In this document: positions 9,940 to 18,849 of the stretch, in pieces | Numbering within the stretch: position 1 is the stretch's first letter | Layout of the letters: every line of letters starts with the position of its first letter | DNA from: a virus | Taxonomy: Duplodnaviria > Caudoviricetes | DNA length: 64,000 bases | IMG/VR virus record: IMGVR_UViG_3300020177_000966 | Strand: one strand, 5' to 3' | Notes under the pieces: generated by a model | Databases searched by the model: none | What the model was told of the DNA's origin: nothing | What the model saw: the letters and a program-made list of their open reading frames with translations, nothing else | Made by a program: the position numbers and the translations under genes

Positions 9940-10543
9940 GATCGTCTCCGATTAATTTTTCTTTTATAATAAAGTTTGCACTAATTGTAGCACGAACTTT
10001 GTTAGATTTGTTTTCCGAAACGTAATGTTCTAAGTTACTAGGAAAATAGATAATTTCTCCCTCTTTTAAGGGAGGAGTTACCCTATTATTAAATTTAAAA
10101 GGTTCTGAACTTAGCCTAGGAAGTCCAGCTTGGTGAAAATAATCGTATTGATTCTTATAAAATACAAAATTTCCGCTATCTGGCGGAGTGTACATCATGT
10201 ATGCACAACTAATAACACTTTCTCCAGCATGATTATGAATTTCCTGATATTGATTTGAAGAATATCTATTCAACCAGCACTCTACTCTGTATTCTTTTGG
10301 TAGATCTAGATTAAAGATTTCAATATAATCATTTAATCCAATAACTGCTGATTGTATAAACTTTTGCCATGGTAATTTATCTGCTTCTCTATTACCAAAA
10401 GTAGTATCTACATTACTATACCAAGTTGGAATTTTAAAAAAGTGAGAATCATCTTCGAGTACGTCTTTAAAATCTTCTCGAATAGCATCATGGTTAGAAA
10501 GAGATGTTTTATAAACTGGTATAGAAAATAAATTAACATGCAT
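9932..10543 (-). CDS. Putative 2OG-Fe(II) oxygenase, TIGR02466-like (203 aa)
   Basis: NLFSIPVY, CWLNRY, QEIHNH (HxH), YFPSNLEHYV, RATISANF. Confidence 0.8.
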   Translation of the reverse strand: MHVNLFSIPVYKTSLSNHDAIREDFKDVLEDDSHFFKIPTWYSNVDTTFGNREADKLPWQKFIQSAVIGLNDYIEIFNLDLPKEYRVECWLNRYSSNQYQEIHNHAGESVISCAYMMYTPPDSGNFVFYKNQYDYFHQAGLPRLSSEPFKFNNRVTPPLKEGEIIYFPSNLEHYVSENKSNKVRATISANFIIKEKLIGDDHG

Positions 10544-12372
10544 CAGTTTTTCATTTCAATTAATTTACCATATTCAGGCAAATAACAATATTCCATTTCG
10601 CTACTATAAAGTGTGCGTACTGCATCGTCTAATGTTTCAACTAAAGGCTCGCCTCCTAAGTTAAAGCTAGTATTAAAGATAATTGGCACACCTGTTTGTT
10701 CGTAAAATTCTTTAATTATTTCATAATAATGTTTATTTTGTTCTTGAGTCACTGTTTGAATACGACAAGTTCCGTCAACGTGAATAATACTTGGAATTTT
10801 TTCAGCAACACCGGGTTGGCAATTCATTGCATACATCATATGAGGCGACTGTTCCAAACCGCGCATATCAAACCATTCATGTGCATGTTCAGCAAGAATA
10901 GTTCCTGCAAATGGGCGGAAATATTCGCGACGCTTAATGCGATTTACATGATCTTTTCCATTTAGGTCTGTTGGATCATATAGAATACTTCTGTTACCGA
11001 GTGCTCTTGGACCATTTTCTGATCGTCCTTGGAACATTGTAACAATTTTTCTGTCTCTAATTAACTCAACTACTTTTTTATTGTCAGCGTCAACAACTAC
11101 AGCACCGTATTTGTTTGCAACTTCTTCAATTTCTTTATCTGAATGACAATAAGGAAATCCTTCATAAATTGTTTCTGTATACGGACGTACTTTTTTATCT
11201 TTAGTAGTTTGATGATAAACTAATAATGCGGCACCAATTGCTGTTCCAGCATCACTACTAACAGGCTCTACATATAAATTAATACCTTCTTTATTTAATT
11301 TGTCAAGATACCAATAATTAGCAACACAATTAAGTGCATAGCCACCACTTAGTACAACATTTTTGTTACCGCTCATTTCAACTGCCTTAAAAATAAGATT
11401 TAAAACTTCTTGCTGTGAACCTTCTTGTACAGCATATGCCATATCTCTACGGTTTTCTAATGTTGTAAGATCAACTCTACTGTTAACTACGTCTTGAGAA
11501 GTTTCAAGATATTCATATTTTCCTTCATTTACTACAGCCGCATTAGGATATGTAGGAATAATTACACTTCTATCACTAGTACGCCATTTGCCGCCATTTC
11601 CATCTGTATAAATTGGAGGAATCTTATCATTAGGTTTGCCATAAGGAGCAAGACCCATTGTTTTGCCAGCTTCAATTGGCTGAAATCCACAATACTGTGT
11701 TACTGCTTCGTAGGCCTTTGTAATACCTGCACTATCATCTAGCACAAGTTCATGGAATCCTTCTTCCCCTTCTCTTTCTGAAGGAATATATTGAACCCTA
11801 GTTCCAGGATAAGGACCGTTTCCGCCCTGATGTTTATATAATGTTTTAATAGCATCAGGATAAGAACAATTAAAAATACTTTCACATTCCCAAGTCATAA
11901 ACTCATCATTAAATGTTCCCGTAGAAATATTCATAGGAATAAAGGTGCCGGCACCGTCAACTACTACTGCAACTGCTGATTCAAAACCACTTCTATAAAA
12001 TGCACATGCCGCATGTAGTTTATGATGTACATAACTCATATCAATTACTTGTCTATGATTATGATGTCCGTCAGGAGTATATGCATTATCTGATCTATCA
12101 ATAAGTCCTAACTTTCTTGCAAGACCAGTATACATGTCTCCACCGCTAAAGTCAATTCTACTTGATTCTTCTAACGGTTGTGTATGAGCAACGACTAGAT
12201 AATCTAATTTATCAGTGTAATCTAAAAACTTAGTCATTGCGGCTAGTGGGCCGCCATCGTATTTTTTACGTGTTAATCTTTCTTCTTCGATAGCAAAAAC
12301 AATTTCACCGTCTTTTAATAAAACTGCGCCACCGTTGTGACCTCTTGTAATTGCTCCAATCCACTGTGTCAT
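10543..12372 (-). CDS. O-carbamoyltransferase, NodU/CmcH/TobZ family (609 aa)
   Basis: EEERLTRKK, HHKLHAACAF, VVDGAG, SGGYALNCVAN, DAGTAIGAA, GPRALGNRSIL, KRREYFRPFA, HVDGTCRIQTV, NTSFNLGGEP. Confidence 0.92.
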   Translation of the reverse strand: MTQWIGAITRGHNGGAVLLKDGEIVFAIEEERLTRKKYDGGPLAAMTKFLDYTDKLDYLVVAHTQPLEESSRIDFSGGDMYTGLARKLGLIDRSDNAYTPDGHHNHRQVIDMSYVHHKLHAACAFYRSGFESAVAVVVDGAGTFIPMNISTGTFNDEFMTWECESIFNCSYPDAIKTLYKHQGGNGPYPGTRVQYIPSEREGEEGFHELVLDDSAGITKAYEAVTQYCGFQPIEAGKTMGLAPYGKPNDKIPPIYTDGNGGKWRTSDRSVIIPTYPNAAVVNEGKYEYLETSQDVVNSRVDLTTLENRRDMAYAVQEGSQQEVLNLIFKAVEMSGNKNVVLSGGYALNCVANYWYLDKLNKEGINLYVEPVSSDAGTAIGAALLVYHQTTKDKKVRPYTETIYEGFPYCHSDKEIEEVANKYGAVVVDADNKKVVELIRDRKIVTMFQGRSENGPRALGNRSILYDPTDLNGKDHVNRIKRREYFRPFAGTILAEHAHEWFDMRGLEQSPHMMYAMNCQPGVAEKIPSIIHVDGTCRIQTVTQEQNKHYYEIIKEFYEQTGVPIIFNTSFNLGGEPLVETLDDAVRTLYSSEMEYCYLPEYGKLIEMKN

Positions 12373-13103
12373 ACTTTATTTTCCTTTATAAGTTTTAAAA
12401 CTTTACTTCTATATCTTGCATTTTCAAATGCTTCATAACATTCTGCTAACGGTGTTGGCAAAAATCTCTTTGCTTTAAGATTTTTAAATCCTAAACACTG
12501 CATTACAGGCCCGGTTTTAGATTCAAATAATTTAGCACTATCAAATCTAACTAATCTAACTTTCTCTGTTGTGTTAAATTTAAAGTAACACAACGTATCT
12601 CCTTGTTTTATGTCAAGTTCTCTAACATTTTTTTTAAATTTAAATGCAGGACGTACTGGTCTAATCCAACTTGCTATATTATATGTACCTGCTATACCCA
12701 TTGTGTCTCTTGAAAACTGACTTTCGCTATAATATGGAGGAAGCTGTGTCATTGTTAACGGTTTTTCACTAAAAAATAGAAAACAAGGATGATCTAATTG
12801 ATAAACACCTTCAGGATTTGGCTGTCCAATATAATTCATTAAAAAGTTAGGTTCAACATCATACTTAGAAACTAACTCTTGTCTTTCATAATCTAATTTA
12901 ATATGAAAATCAATAGGACTTTTTGCAGTAAAAGTATTTTTAGTTTCGTCAACAATTGCAGGACATAAACTTGCGCCTAAACCAAAAAATTCTCTAGCAT
13001 TTAAGTCTTTATATACTGTATTAGGTTCGTAGTACTTTAATTCAGATACAAATTCTTGGTTATCTGGTACATTTATAACTGGTGACCAATATACTGTATG
13101 CAT
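12369..13103 (-). CDS. Hypothetical protein of the tailoring operon (244 aa)
   Basis: Coupled to both neighbours by overlapping start/stop codons. CPA...NTF..SP pattern; no confident family. Confidence 0.6.
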   Translation of the reverse strand: MHTVYWSPVINVPDNQEFVSELKYYEPNTVYKDLNAREFFGLGASLCPAIVDETKNTFTAKSPIDFHIKLDYERQELVSKYDVEPNFLMNYIGQPNPEGVYQLDHPCFLFFSEKPLTMTQLPPYYSESQFSRDTMGIAGTYNIASWIRPVRPAFKFKKNVRELDIKQGDTLCYFKFNTTEKVRLVRFDSAKLFESKTGPVMQCLGFKNLKAKRFLPTPLAECYEAFENARYRSKVLKLIKENKV

Positions 13104-13693
13104 TAATCAAACTCTACTTCGTAAATAAAGTCACAAACAAACGCTTTACGTTCTTGTAAGGTAGGATATACTCCGTGAAATACCTTGCCGTCCATAATAA
13201 TAACATCTCCAGCAATACACTTTACAAGATCGCTTACTAATTCTCCAGTTACTGGATTTTGCGTAATACATTTTAGTTTACCTGCTAAAGGTTTATCGTC
13301 ATGTAAATCTATAGTGTTCAAAAACATTACACTAGTTAATTTTCTTAATGGTAAATGTGTGTGCATTCCGCTATACGTACCTTCAGGATAACGTATCCAC
13401 CAACATTTTTCAAATTCAATACTTTTAAATCTATATGGAGCAAGTGTTTGCTTTATAAAATTAATATATTCTTGTTGCGAATCGACTTGGTATGCATATT
13501 TCATTTCTGGATTGTAACGTAGTATTGCGCCGCCGTGGTCTGTATGTTCTTGCAAACCTAAGTTGTCATCAAATAAAGGTAAAAACTTTTCATAGTTTGC
13601 AAACTTAGATTTTTTAATCCAATAGTCTGCAATTTGTCCTTGTGAACTTAAAAACCAAAAGTCTTTATTGCCTTGATATAACTCTTCTAACAT
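13103..13693 (-). CDS. Putative Fe/2OG-type oxygenase (196 aa), paralogue of 13687-14313
   Basis: YSGMHTH (HxH), LTSVMFLN, GDVIIMDGKVFHGVYPT, RKAFVCDF. Confidence 0.7.
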   Translation of the reverse strand: MLEELYQGNKDFWFLSSQGQIADYWIKKSKFANYEKFLPLFDDNLGLQEHTDHGGAILRYNPEMKYAYQVDSQQEYINFIKQTLAPYRFKSIEFEKCWWIRYPEGTYSGMHTHLPLRKLTSVMFLNTIDLHDDKPLAGKLKCITQNPVTGELVSDLVKCIAGDVIIMDGKVFHGVYPTLQERKAFVCDFIYEVEFD

Positions 13694-14313
13694 ATTGATG
13701 TCTCATAGTCAAAATCGCATACGAATACTTTGCGTTGATTTAACGTAGGATAAGTCCCGTGATATACTCTGCCATCCATAATAACACAATCACCTGCTTT
13801 TGGTACGTGTTGTAAGTAATTAGTTGAATATTCTAAAGGTTGTAGTGTAGTTAAAGATCCTGCTAACGGGTATTCTTGGCTAGTTTGAGTATTTGTTAAA
13901 AACAAAACTGCTGTTAATTGCTTGCCTGGAGTGTGACAATGTAATCCACTGTATGCTCCGGGTGCATAATCTACTCCCCACGCCTTTTTAAATTTGTTAA
14001 CTTTAATAGGTAATTCTGCACAACAAATTTTAATAAATCTATGAAAGTCCAATGTTGGATCTAAATCAATTGGATACGCCATATCTGTTTTATAGTGTAA
14101 ATATCCGTTACCATAATCTTTATGACTGTTGTCGTATACACCTTCTTCAAATAACGGTAAAAACTTTTTCCAAGTAGGATAATGATTACCTGTAATTACC
14201 CATGTTTCTAAAGTCTGTGCGGCAGCGATTTGCGGACGAAAGCTACTATCAAACAAATCATTAAGAAACGCTTCTGGGGAAGATTTATCTAATCTGCTTG
14301 GACTATCTGACAT
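13687..14313 (-). CDS. Putative Fe/2OG-type oxygenase (208 aa), paralogue of 13103-13693
   Basis: YSGLHCH (HxH), LTAVLFLT, GDCVIMDGRVYHGTYPT, RKVFVCDF. Confidence 0.7.
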   Translation of the reverse strand: MSDSPSRLDKSSPEAFLNDLFDSSFRPQIAAAQTLETWVITGNHYPTWKKFLPLFEEGVYDNSHKDYGNGYLHYKTDMAYPIDLDPTLDFHRFIKICCAELPIKVNKFKKAWGVDYAPGAYSGLHCHTPGKQLTAVLFLTNTQTSQEYPLAGSLTTLQPLEYSTNYLQHVPKAGDCVIMDGRVYHGTYPTLNQRKVFVCDFDYETSIC

Positions 14314-15353
14314 TACTGGCCAGTCCTTCCTAAAATTTGAGCTGGTTGTTTATTAGAGTGTACTACTCCATGAGTTGGACACACATCTCCTTGTTCTTGT
14401 GGAATATAATCTCCTGAATAACTTCTCGGTTTACCTAATCGTTTGCGTACACTAGTAATAATTGCTTTAAAGTTATCGTCGTCTAGTTCCATAACTTCAT
14501 CATTAAATCGTTCAATTTCCTCTTCCATTGTAAGTCTAATAGGACTAAACTTACGTTTTCCTTCACCTAGATCAATAATATCAAAATCTGGCGAATTTGG
14601 ATATGAAATATTAATAGGATATGTACTTCCAATAACACTGGTGCATGTTGTACCTAATGCCTTTGCCATATGTTGTCCCAAACTATCACAACCAATAAAA
14701 TGATCAGCAATTTGAATAATACTTGACCAAACTCTTACATCTGGAATTTGTGGAACAGCAATAGGTACAGTTGGATTCTCTTCAATTTTAATAGGAAATT
14801 CACTCATTATAATTACAGCATAATCTTCACGTAATTCTTTAACAATTCTAACTACGTCATTTAAGTGAAAACTTCTTGATGTTCCGTCAACAATAAAGTC
14901 TCCCATATTTTCTGCTGTGCGGCCAAAGGGCTGAAACACTACTACTTTGTCTTTTCCTGTAACAGCCTTTACTTCTTCAACTACTTTATATCCTTGAACT
15001 AGTTCGTGTTTATTCATATAAATTTTTGGATCGCCTACTTCTCGCAATCCTTTATTATTAATTGCAATATCAAATGCTTGTGCTAAACTACATTTTTGAT
15101 TATAATATTCCCATACTCTGTATGGTTCAGGTGTAATACAATCTCTATCTTTGATATAGTCTCTAAATAAATTTTTATGCCAATGGTCATACGCTAGTTC
15201 GTGTAGATGTGGATGTCCTTTATAAAAGTCCATTCCTCCTTCACAAACAATAATAAAGTCTTGATCTTCTTCGTATAGTTTTTCAAATGCAGGAATTGAA
15301 CAAACAACTCTACCTGCACCACCGTTCATAAAATATGCTTTTTTTCGTGACAA
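14313..15353 (-). CDS. GT-B glycosyltransferase, GT9/ADP-heptosyltransferase-like (346 aa; GTG start)
   Basis: GGAGRVVCSIPAF (cf. GGLGDxxxxxP) and IIQIADHFIGCDSLGQHMAKALG (cf. ADLFIGxDSGxxHLAAALG). AGGAG RBS. Confidence 0.72.
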   Translation of the reverse strand: MSRKKAYFMNGGAGRVVCSIPAFEKLYEEDQDFIIVCEGGMDFYKGHPHLHELAYDHWHKNLFRDYIKDRDCITPEPYRVWEYYNQKCSLAQAFDIAINNKGLREVGDPKIYMNKHELVQGYKVVEEVKAVTGKDKVVVFQPFGRTAENMGDFIVDGTSRSFHLNDVVRIVKELREDYAVIIMSEFPIKIEENPTVPIAVPQIPDVRVWSSIIQIADHFIGCDSLGQHMAKALGTTCTSVIGSTYPINISYPNSPDFDIIDLGEGKRKFSPIRLTMEEEIERFNDEVMELDDDNFKAIITSVRKRLGKPRSYSGDYIPQEQGDVCPTHGVVHSNKQPAQILGRTGQ

Positions 15354-15377
15354 AGTATTACTCCTATTGTATAGAAA

Positions 15378-15383
15378 TATTTA
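15378..15383 (-). promoter_or_regulatory. Late promoter (GTAAATA) heading the tailoring-enzyme operon
   Basis: TAAATA lies about 25 nt upstream of the GTG start, just downstream of a terminator. Confidence 0.55.
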
Positions 15384-15418
15384 CTTTACAAACAAATTAT
15401 GAATGGCGGATGTGGCAT

Positions 15419-15447
15419 AAAAAAACCCCTGCATTGCAAGGGTTTTT
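15419..15447. terminator. Intrinsic terminator, bidirectional type
   Basis: AAAAAAACCC CTGCATTGCA AGGGTTTTT hairpin flanked by A and T tracts, downstream of gene 15469-16257. Confidence 0.75.
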
Positions 15448-15468
15448 ATTTTTAAATTTTATTAATTA

Positions 15469-16257
15469 TTATTTTTTGCCAGCTACTTTTTGTGCCGCTA
15501 CTTTAACATCAATAGCATATGCGCCATCTCTGTATGGATCATTAGGATCAGATGCTTCTTCCGGATCTCTCATATCCTTAGGCATATTAGGAAACATCAT
15601 AACTGCTTGCCAAGGTTCAAATCCTCTACCTTGAAGTAATGCAGGAAGATCACGCAATTTTTGTCTAAAATCTAACCATGCAGTTTGAATTGATTCTGGT
15701 GCGTCTGTTTGACCTACTTTAGCATCTGTTTCATGTAACATTTGATCACGTAAGTCTCTAACTTGTTGCCATGTTAGGTCCATCTTAGAACCTGTTGCGG
15801 CCCAATCTCTTACACCAAGATTAAATGTTTCTGTTTCAAAGTTATATGTAATGTCAGCATCGTTATACACATCACGTGGCTCTAACTCTAATGTATGTTC
15901 TACATCAGGAAATCCATCTGGTGCGTCCCATAATACTTCCCACTCTCTTGCACGTCTAAACTCAATTAAGTCTTCACGTCCACAATCATTACCAATTTCA
16001 CACAATAGTGGATTTTCTTTGCAATCAACTGTTACTCTTGTAATGTCTTGGGCCGCTGGTCTTTCTAAGTCTCTTTTTAACCATAAGCACCATCCTGATT
16101 CTTTACCGTAATCCTCTGATGATGTATCATTATTAACTTCGAAAGTTAAGAATTCAGGACCGACATATGTAAACGTTCCGGTCTTACCTTGTGTAAAACT
16201 ATTCTTTCTCCATTCGTCCCACACTGGGTATGTAAATTCTTTTCTAATTGTTCTCAT
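15469..16257 (-). CDS. Tail-fibre assembly chaperone-like protein (262 aa)
   Basis: C-terminal WQQVRDLRDQMLHETD...W..FRQKLRDLP motif typical of phage tail assembly chaperones. Confidence 0.7.
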   Translation of the reverse strand: MRTIRKEFTYPVWDEWRKNSFTQGKTGTFTYVGPEFLTFEVNNDTSSEDYGKESGWCLWLKRDLERPAAQDITRVTVDCKENPLLCEIGNDCGREDLIEFRRAREWEVLWDAPDGFPDVEHTLELEPRDVYNDADITYNFETETFNLGVRDWAATGSKMDLTWQQVRDLRDQMLHETDAKVGQTDAPESIQTAWLDFRQKLRDLPALLQGRGFEPWQAVMMFPNMPKDMRDPEEASDPNDPYRDGAYAIDVKVAAQKVAGKK

Positions 16258-16276
16258 TTTATATAACTCCTAAAAG

Positions 16277-16283
16277 TATTTAT
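16277..16283 (-). promoter_or_regulatory. Late promoter (ATAAATA)
   Basis: GATAAATA followed by an AGGAG RBS before the start at 16257. Confidence 0.6.
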
Positions 16284-16290
16284 CATTGTT

Positions 16291-17127
16291 TTACATAAAT
16301 GTTATTCTAACAACACCTGATCCGCCTTGGCCTGATCCACCTGCACAACATTTTGCCCAGTTATTACAGTACGAGCTTACACCAGCTTGTCCGCCGCCTG
16401 CTGGCCAGTCAATGTGACAACCACATGAGCACCATGCTTCATTAGTTACACCTACTTGCATTTTACCAAATAAAGGTGCTGATCCTGAGAATGAATAAGT
16501 GTACACACAGTGACAGTAACCATGTCCTGGTTCTGTTCCTGATGTACCCATCATTCCAAAGTCTGCTCCAAATATACCACAAACGTTACAGTTAGAACAT
16601 GTATGTGAGTGTCTTGGTCCCCAAGCATCTCCATTACACATCCATCCTCCGCAACCACCTGTTGTACAAAAATTACTTAAATTGTGTCCGTTAACATATG
16701 ACTTACATCCCATACCTGCTGTACAAGTATGTGATTTACCACAAGGCCAACTACCGCCCGCACATACTGTGTACTGACATCCTGGACTTGTACTTACTGT
16801 TTTAGAAGCGTAATTGCCTCCGGCGCCGCCGATTGTAAACATACAATAGTTACAGCATGTGCTACCTGGGCCGCCACCGCCGCCTGACCAAATTTCAAAT
16901 GTTACAGTTGATGCTCCGTCTGGAACGCACCAATAACAACATTTGCCGTTTGCTTGCTCACAACATCCACTTTGTCTAGCACAACTATGGCATGCCATTC
17001 CGCGCTCATTGTATATCCACTGCACTCCCATGTTATTGCCGTTTCCGTGAGCAATATCTGAGTTTTGCACTGCACTATTAACAATACTGTCTGTATTAAC
17101 TTTTTTATAACTTGCGTATGTAGCCAT
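16291..17127 (-). CDS. Cys/Gly-rich virion-type protein, paralogue 1 (278 aa, 29 Cys)
   Basis: VTFEIWSGGGGG...GGAGGNY...GGSGVVRIT glycine-rich fibre-tip scaffold with Cys-rich insertions. Confidence 0.8.
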   Translation of the reverse strand: MATYASYKKVNTDSIVNSAVQNSDIAHGNGNNMGVQWIYNERGMACHSCARQSGCCEQANGKCCYWCVPDGASTVTFEIWSGGGGGPGSTCCNYCMFTIGGAGGNYASKTVSTSPGCQYTVCAGGSWPCGKSHTCTAGMGCKSYVNGHNLSNFCTTGGCGGWMCNGDAWGPRHSHTCSNCNVCGIFGADFGMMGTSGTEPGHGYCHCVYTYSFSGSAPLFGKMQVGVTNEAWCSCGCHIDWPAGGGQAGVSSYCNNWAKCCAGGSGQGGSGVVRITFM

Positions 17128-17139
17128 TAATTTCTTTCC

Positions 17140-17976
17140 TTATGCATATGTTACTCTTACTAAGCCCGATCCGCCCATATTTCCACCGGCACAACATTTT
17201 GCCCAGTTACCGCAATAACTAGATTGAGCTGTTTGGCCACCGCCTGCTGGCCAGTTAGTATAACATGCACAATTACACCATGCTTCTGCGTTTGATCCTG
17301 CAAACATTTTTCCTACAAATGGAGCAACACCTGTTTGTCCCCAGTCGCCTGATTTACACTGACATCCGCCATGTCCGCCTGACACTCCTGTTGATCCCAT
17401 AATTCCAAAATCTGCTCCAAATATACCACAAACGTTACAGTTAGCACATGTTTGTGTATGACGTGGACCCCAAGCATCTCCATTACACATCCAGCCCGGA
17501 CAACCACCTGTTGTACAAAAGTTACTTAAATTATGTCCGTTAACATATGATTTACAACCCATGCCAGCCGTACAAGTATGTGACTTAGAACACGGCCATG
17601 TTCCTCCAGCACAAATTGTGTACTGACATCCAGGGCATGTACTAATTGATCTTACAGCATAGTTGCCGCCTGAGCCACCTGCTGAATGCATACAATAGTT
17701 ACAGCATGTGCTACCAGCACCTGCGCCACCACCTGACCAAATTTCAAATACTACTTTTGATGCGCCCGAAGGTACAGACCAATAGCAACATTTACCATTT
17801 GCTTGTTCGCAACAATCACCGGCATCAGCACAGTGTTGGCATGCCATGCCGCGTTCGTTAAATACCCAAAAAGTATGGTACTTATTTCCTGCTCCTGGAC
17901 CTAATTTTTCTGCGCCGACACTATTATCTTGGAAGTTGTCTGTTGTTAGTGTTTTATAACTTGCGTATGTAGCCAT
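17140..17976 (-). CDS. Cys/Gly-rich virion-type protein, paralogue 2 (278 aa)
   Basis: Same Cys/Trp spacing as its neighbours; shares SHTCTAGMGCKSYVNGHNLSNFCT. Confidence 0.8.
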   Translation of the reverse strand: MATYASYKTLTTDNFQDNSVGAEKLGPGAGNKYHTFWVFNERGMACQHCADAGDCCEQANGKCCYWSVPSGASKVVFEIWSGGGAGAGSTCCNYCMHSAGGSGGNYAVRSISTCPGCQYTICAGGTWPCSKSHTCTAGMGCKSYVNGHNLSNFCTTGGCPGWMCNGDAWGPRHTQTCANCNVCGIFGADFGIMGSTGVSGGHGGCQCKSGDWGQTGVAPFVGKMFAGSNAEAWCNCACYTNWPAGGGQTAQSSYCGNWAKCCAGGNMGGSGLVRVTYA

Positions 17977-17988
17977 TATTCTTTTTCC

Positions 17989-18828
17989 TTACACATAAGT
18001 AATCTTTACAATTCCTGATCCGCCTTGGCCTGATCCACCTGCACAACATTTTGCCCAGTTATCACAATAACTAGATGTTCCAGGAGTTCCGCCACCTGCA
18101 GGCCAATTAATATGACATCCGCAAGCACACCATGCTTCGTTAGTTGCTGTTGCTACGTGCATTCCAATACCTGCGGCAGCACCTGACCAACTTGTTTGTC
18201 CATGACATCTACAAGTAGTAGTACCTGCTTTAATACCAGCAGTACCGGTAAATCCAAAGTCTGATCCAAAAATTCCGCAAATGTTACAGTTACCACAACT
18301 TGTTACAGCATGTCGCTGACCCCAAGCATCGCCATTACACATCCAGCCGCCACAGCCGCCGTCTGTACAAAAATTACTTAAATTATGTCCGTTAACATAT
18401 GATTTACAACCCATACCTGCTGTACATGTGTGTGATTTGCCACAAGGCCAACTACCACCTGCACAGACACTATATTGGCATCCTGGATTAGTGTCAATTG
18501 TTTTAATTGCGTAGTTTCCGCCGAAGCCACCAATAGCAAACGAACAGTTATTACAACAAGTATGTCCTGGGCCTCCGCCGCCACCGGACCAAATTTCAAA
18601 GGTTACTTTATAAACATTATTTGGAACACACCAATAACAGCATTTTCCGTTTGCTTGCTCACAACATCCACTTTCTCTAGCACACTGGTGGCAACGCATG
18701 CCACGTTCGTTATAGATCCATTGAACTTTTCGACAAGCCCCTGCACCGGGAGCTAACTTGTCCCTTGTAATAACTCCAGCTGGAATTCCTTCTGATGTTA
18801 TCTTTTTGTAACTTGCATAACTTGCCAT
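17989..18828 (-). CDS. Cys/Gly-rich virion-type protein, paralogue 3 (279 aa)
   Basis: Same Cys/Trp spacing as its neighbours; shares SHTCTAGMGCKSYVNGHNLSNFCT. Confidence 0.8.
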   Translation of the reverse strand: MASYASYKKITSEGIPAGVITRDKLAPGAGACRKVQWIYNERGMRCHQCARESGCCEQANGKCCYWCVPNNVYKVTFEIWSGGGGGPGHTCCNNCSFAIGGFGGNYAIKTIDTNPGCQYSVCAGGSWPCGKSHTCTAGMGCKSYVNGHNLSNFCTDGGCGGWMCNGDAWGQRHAVTSCGNCNICGIFGSDFGFTGTAGIKAGTTTCRCHGQTSWSGAAAGIGMHVATATNEAWCACGCHINWPAGGGTPGTSSYCDNWAKCCAGGSGQGGSGIVKITYV

Positions 18829-18849
18829 TTATGTTGTTCCTCTTAAGTC

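Noticed and set aside
7168-13693. Stop-codon reassignment, as seen in some large phages
   Set aside because: TGA (7168) and TAG (13687) act as real stops at coupled gene junctions, and long genes are intact under code 11.
16291-18828. Diversity-generating retroelement TR/VR pair
   Set aside because: All three copies are full genes, differences are not adenine-specific, and there is no reverse transcriptase in the window.
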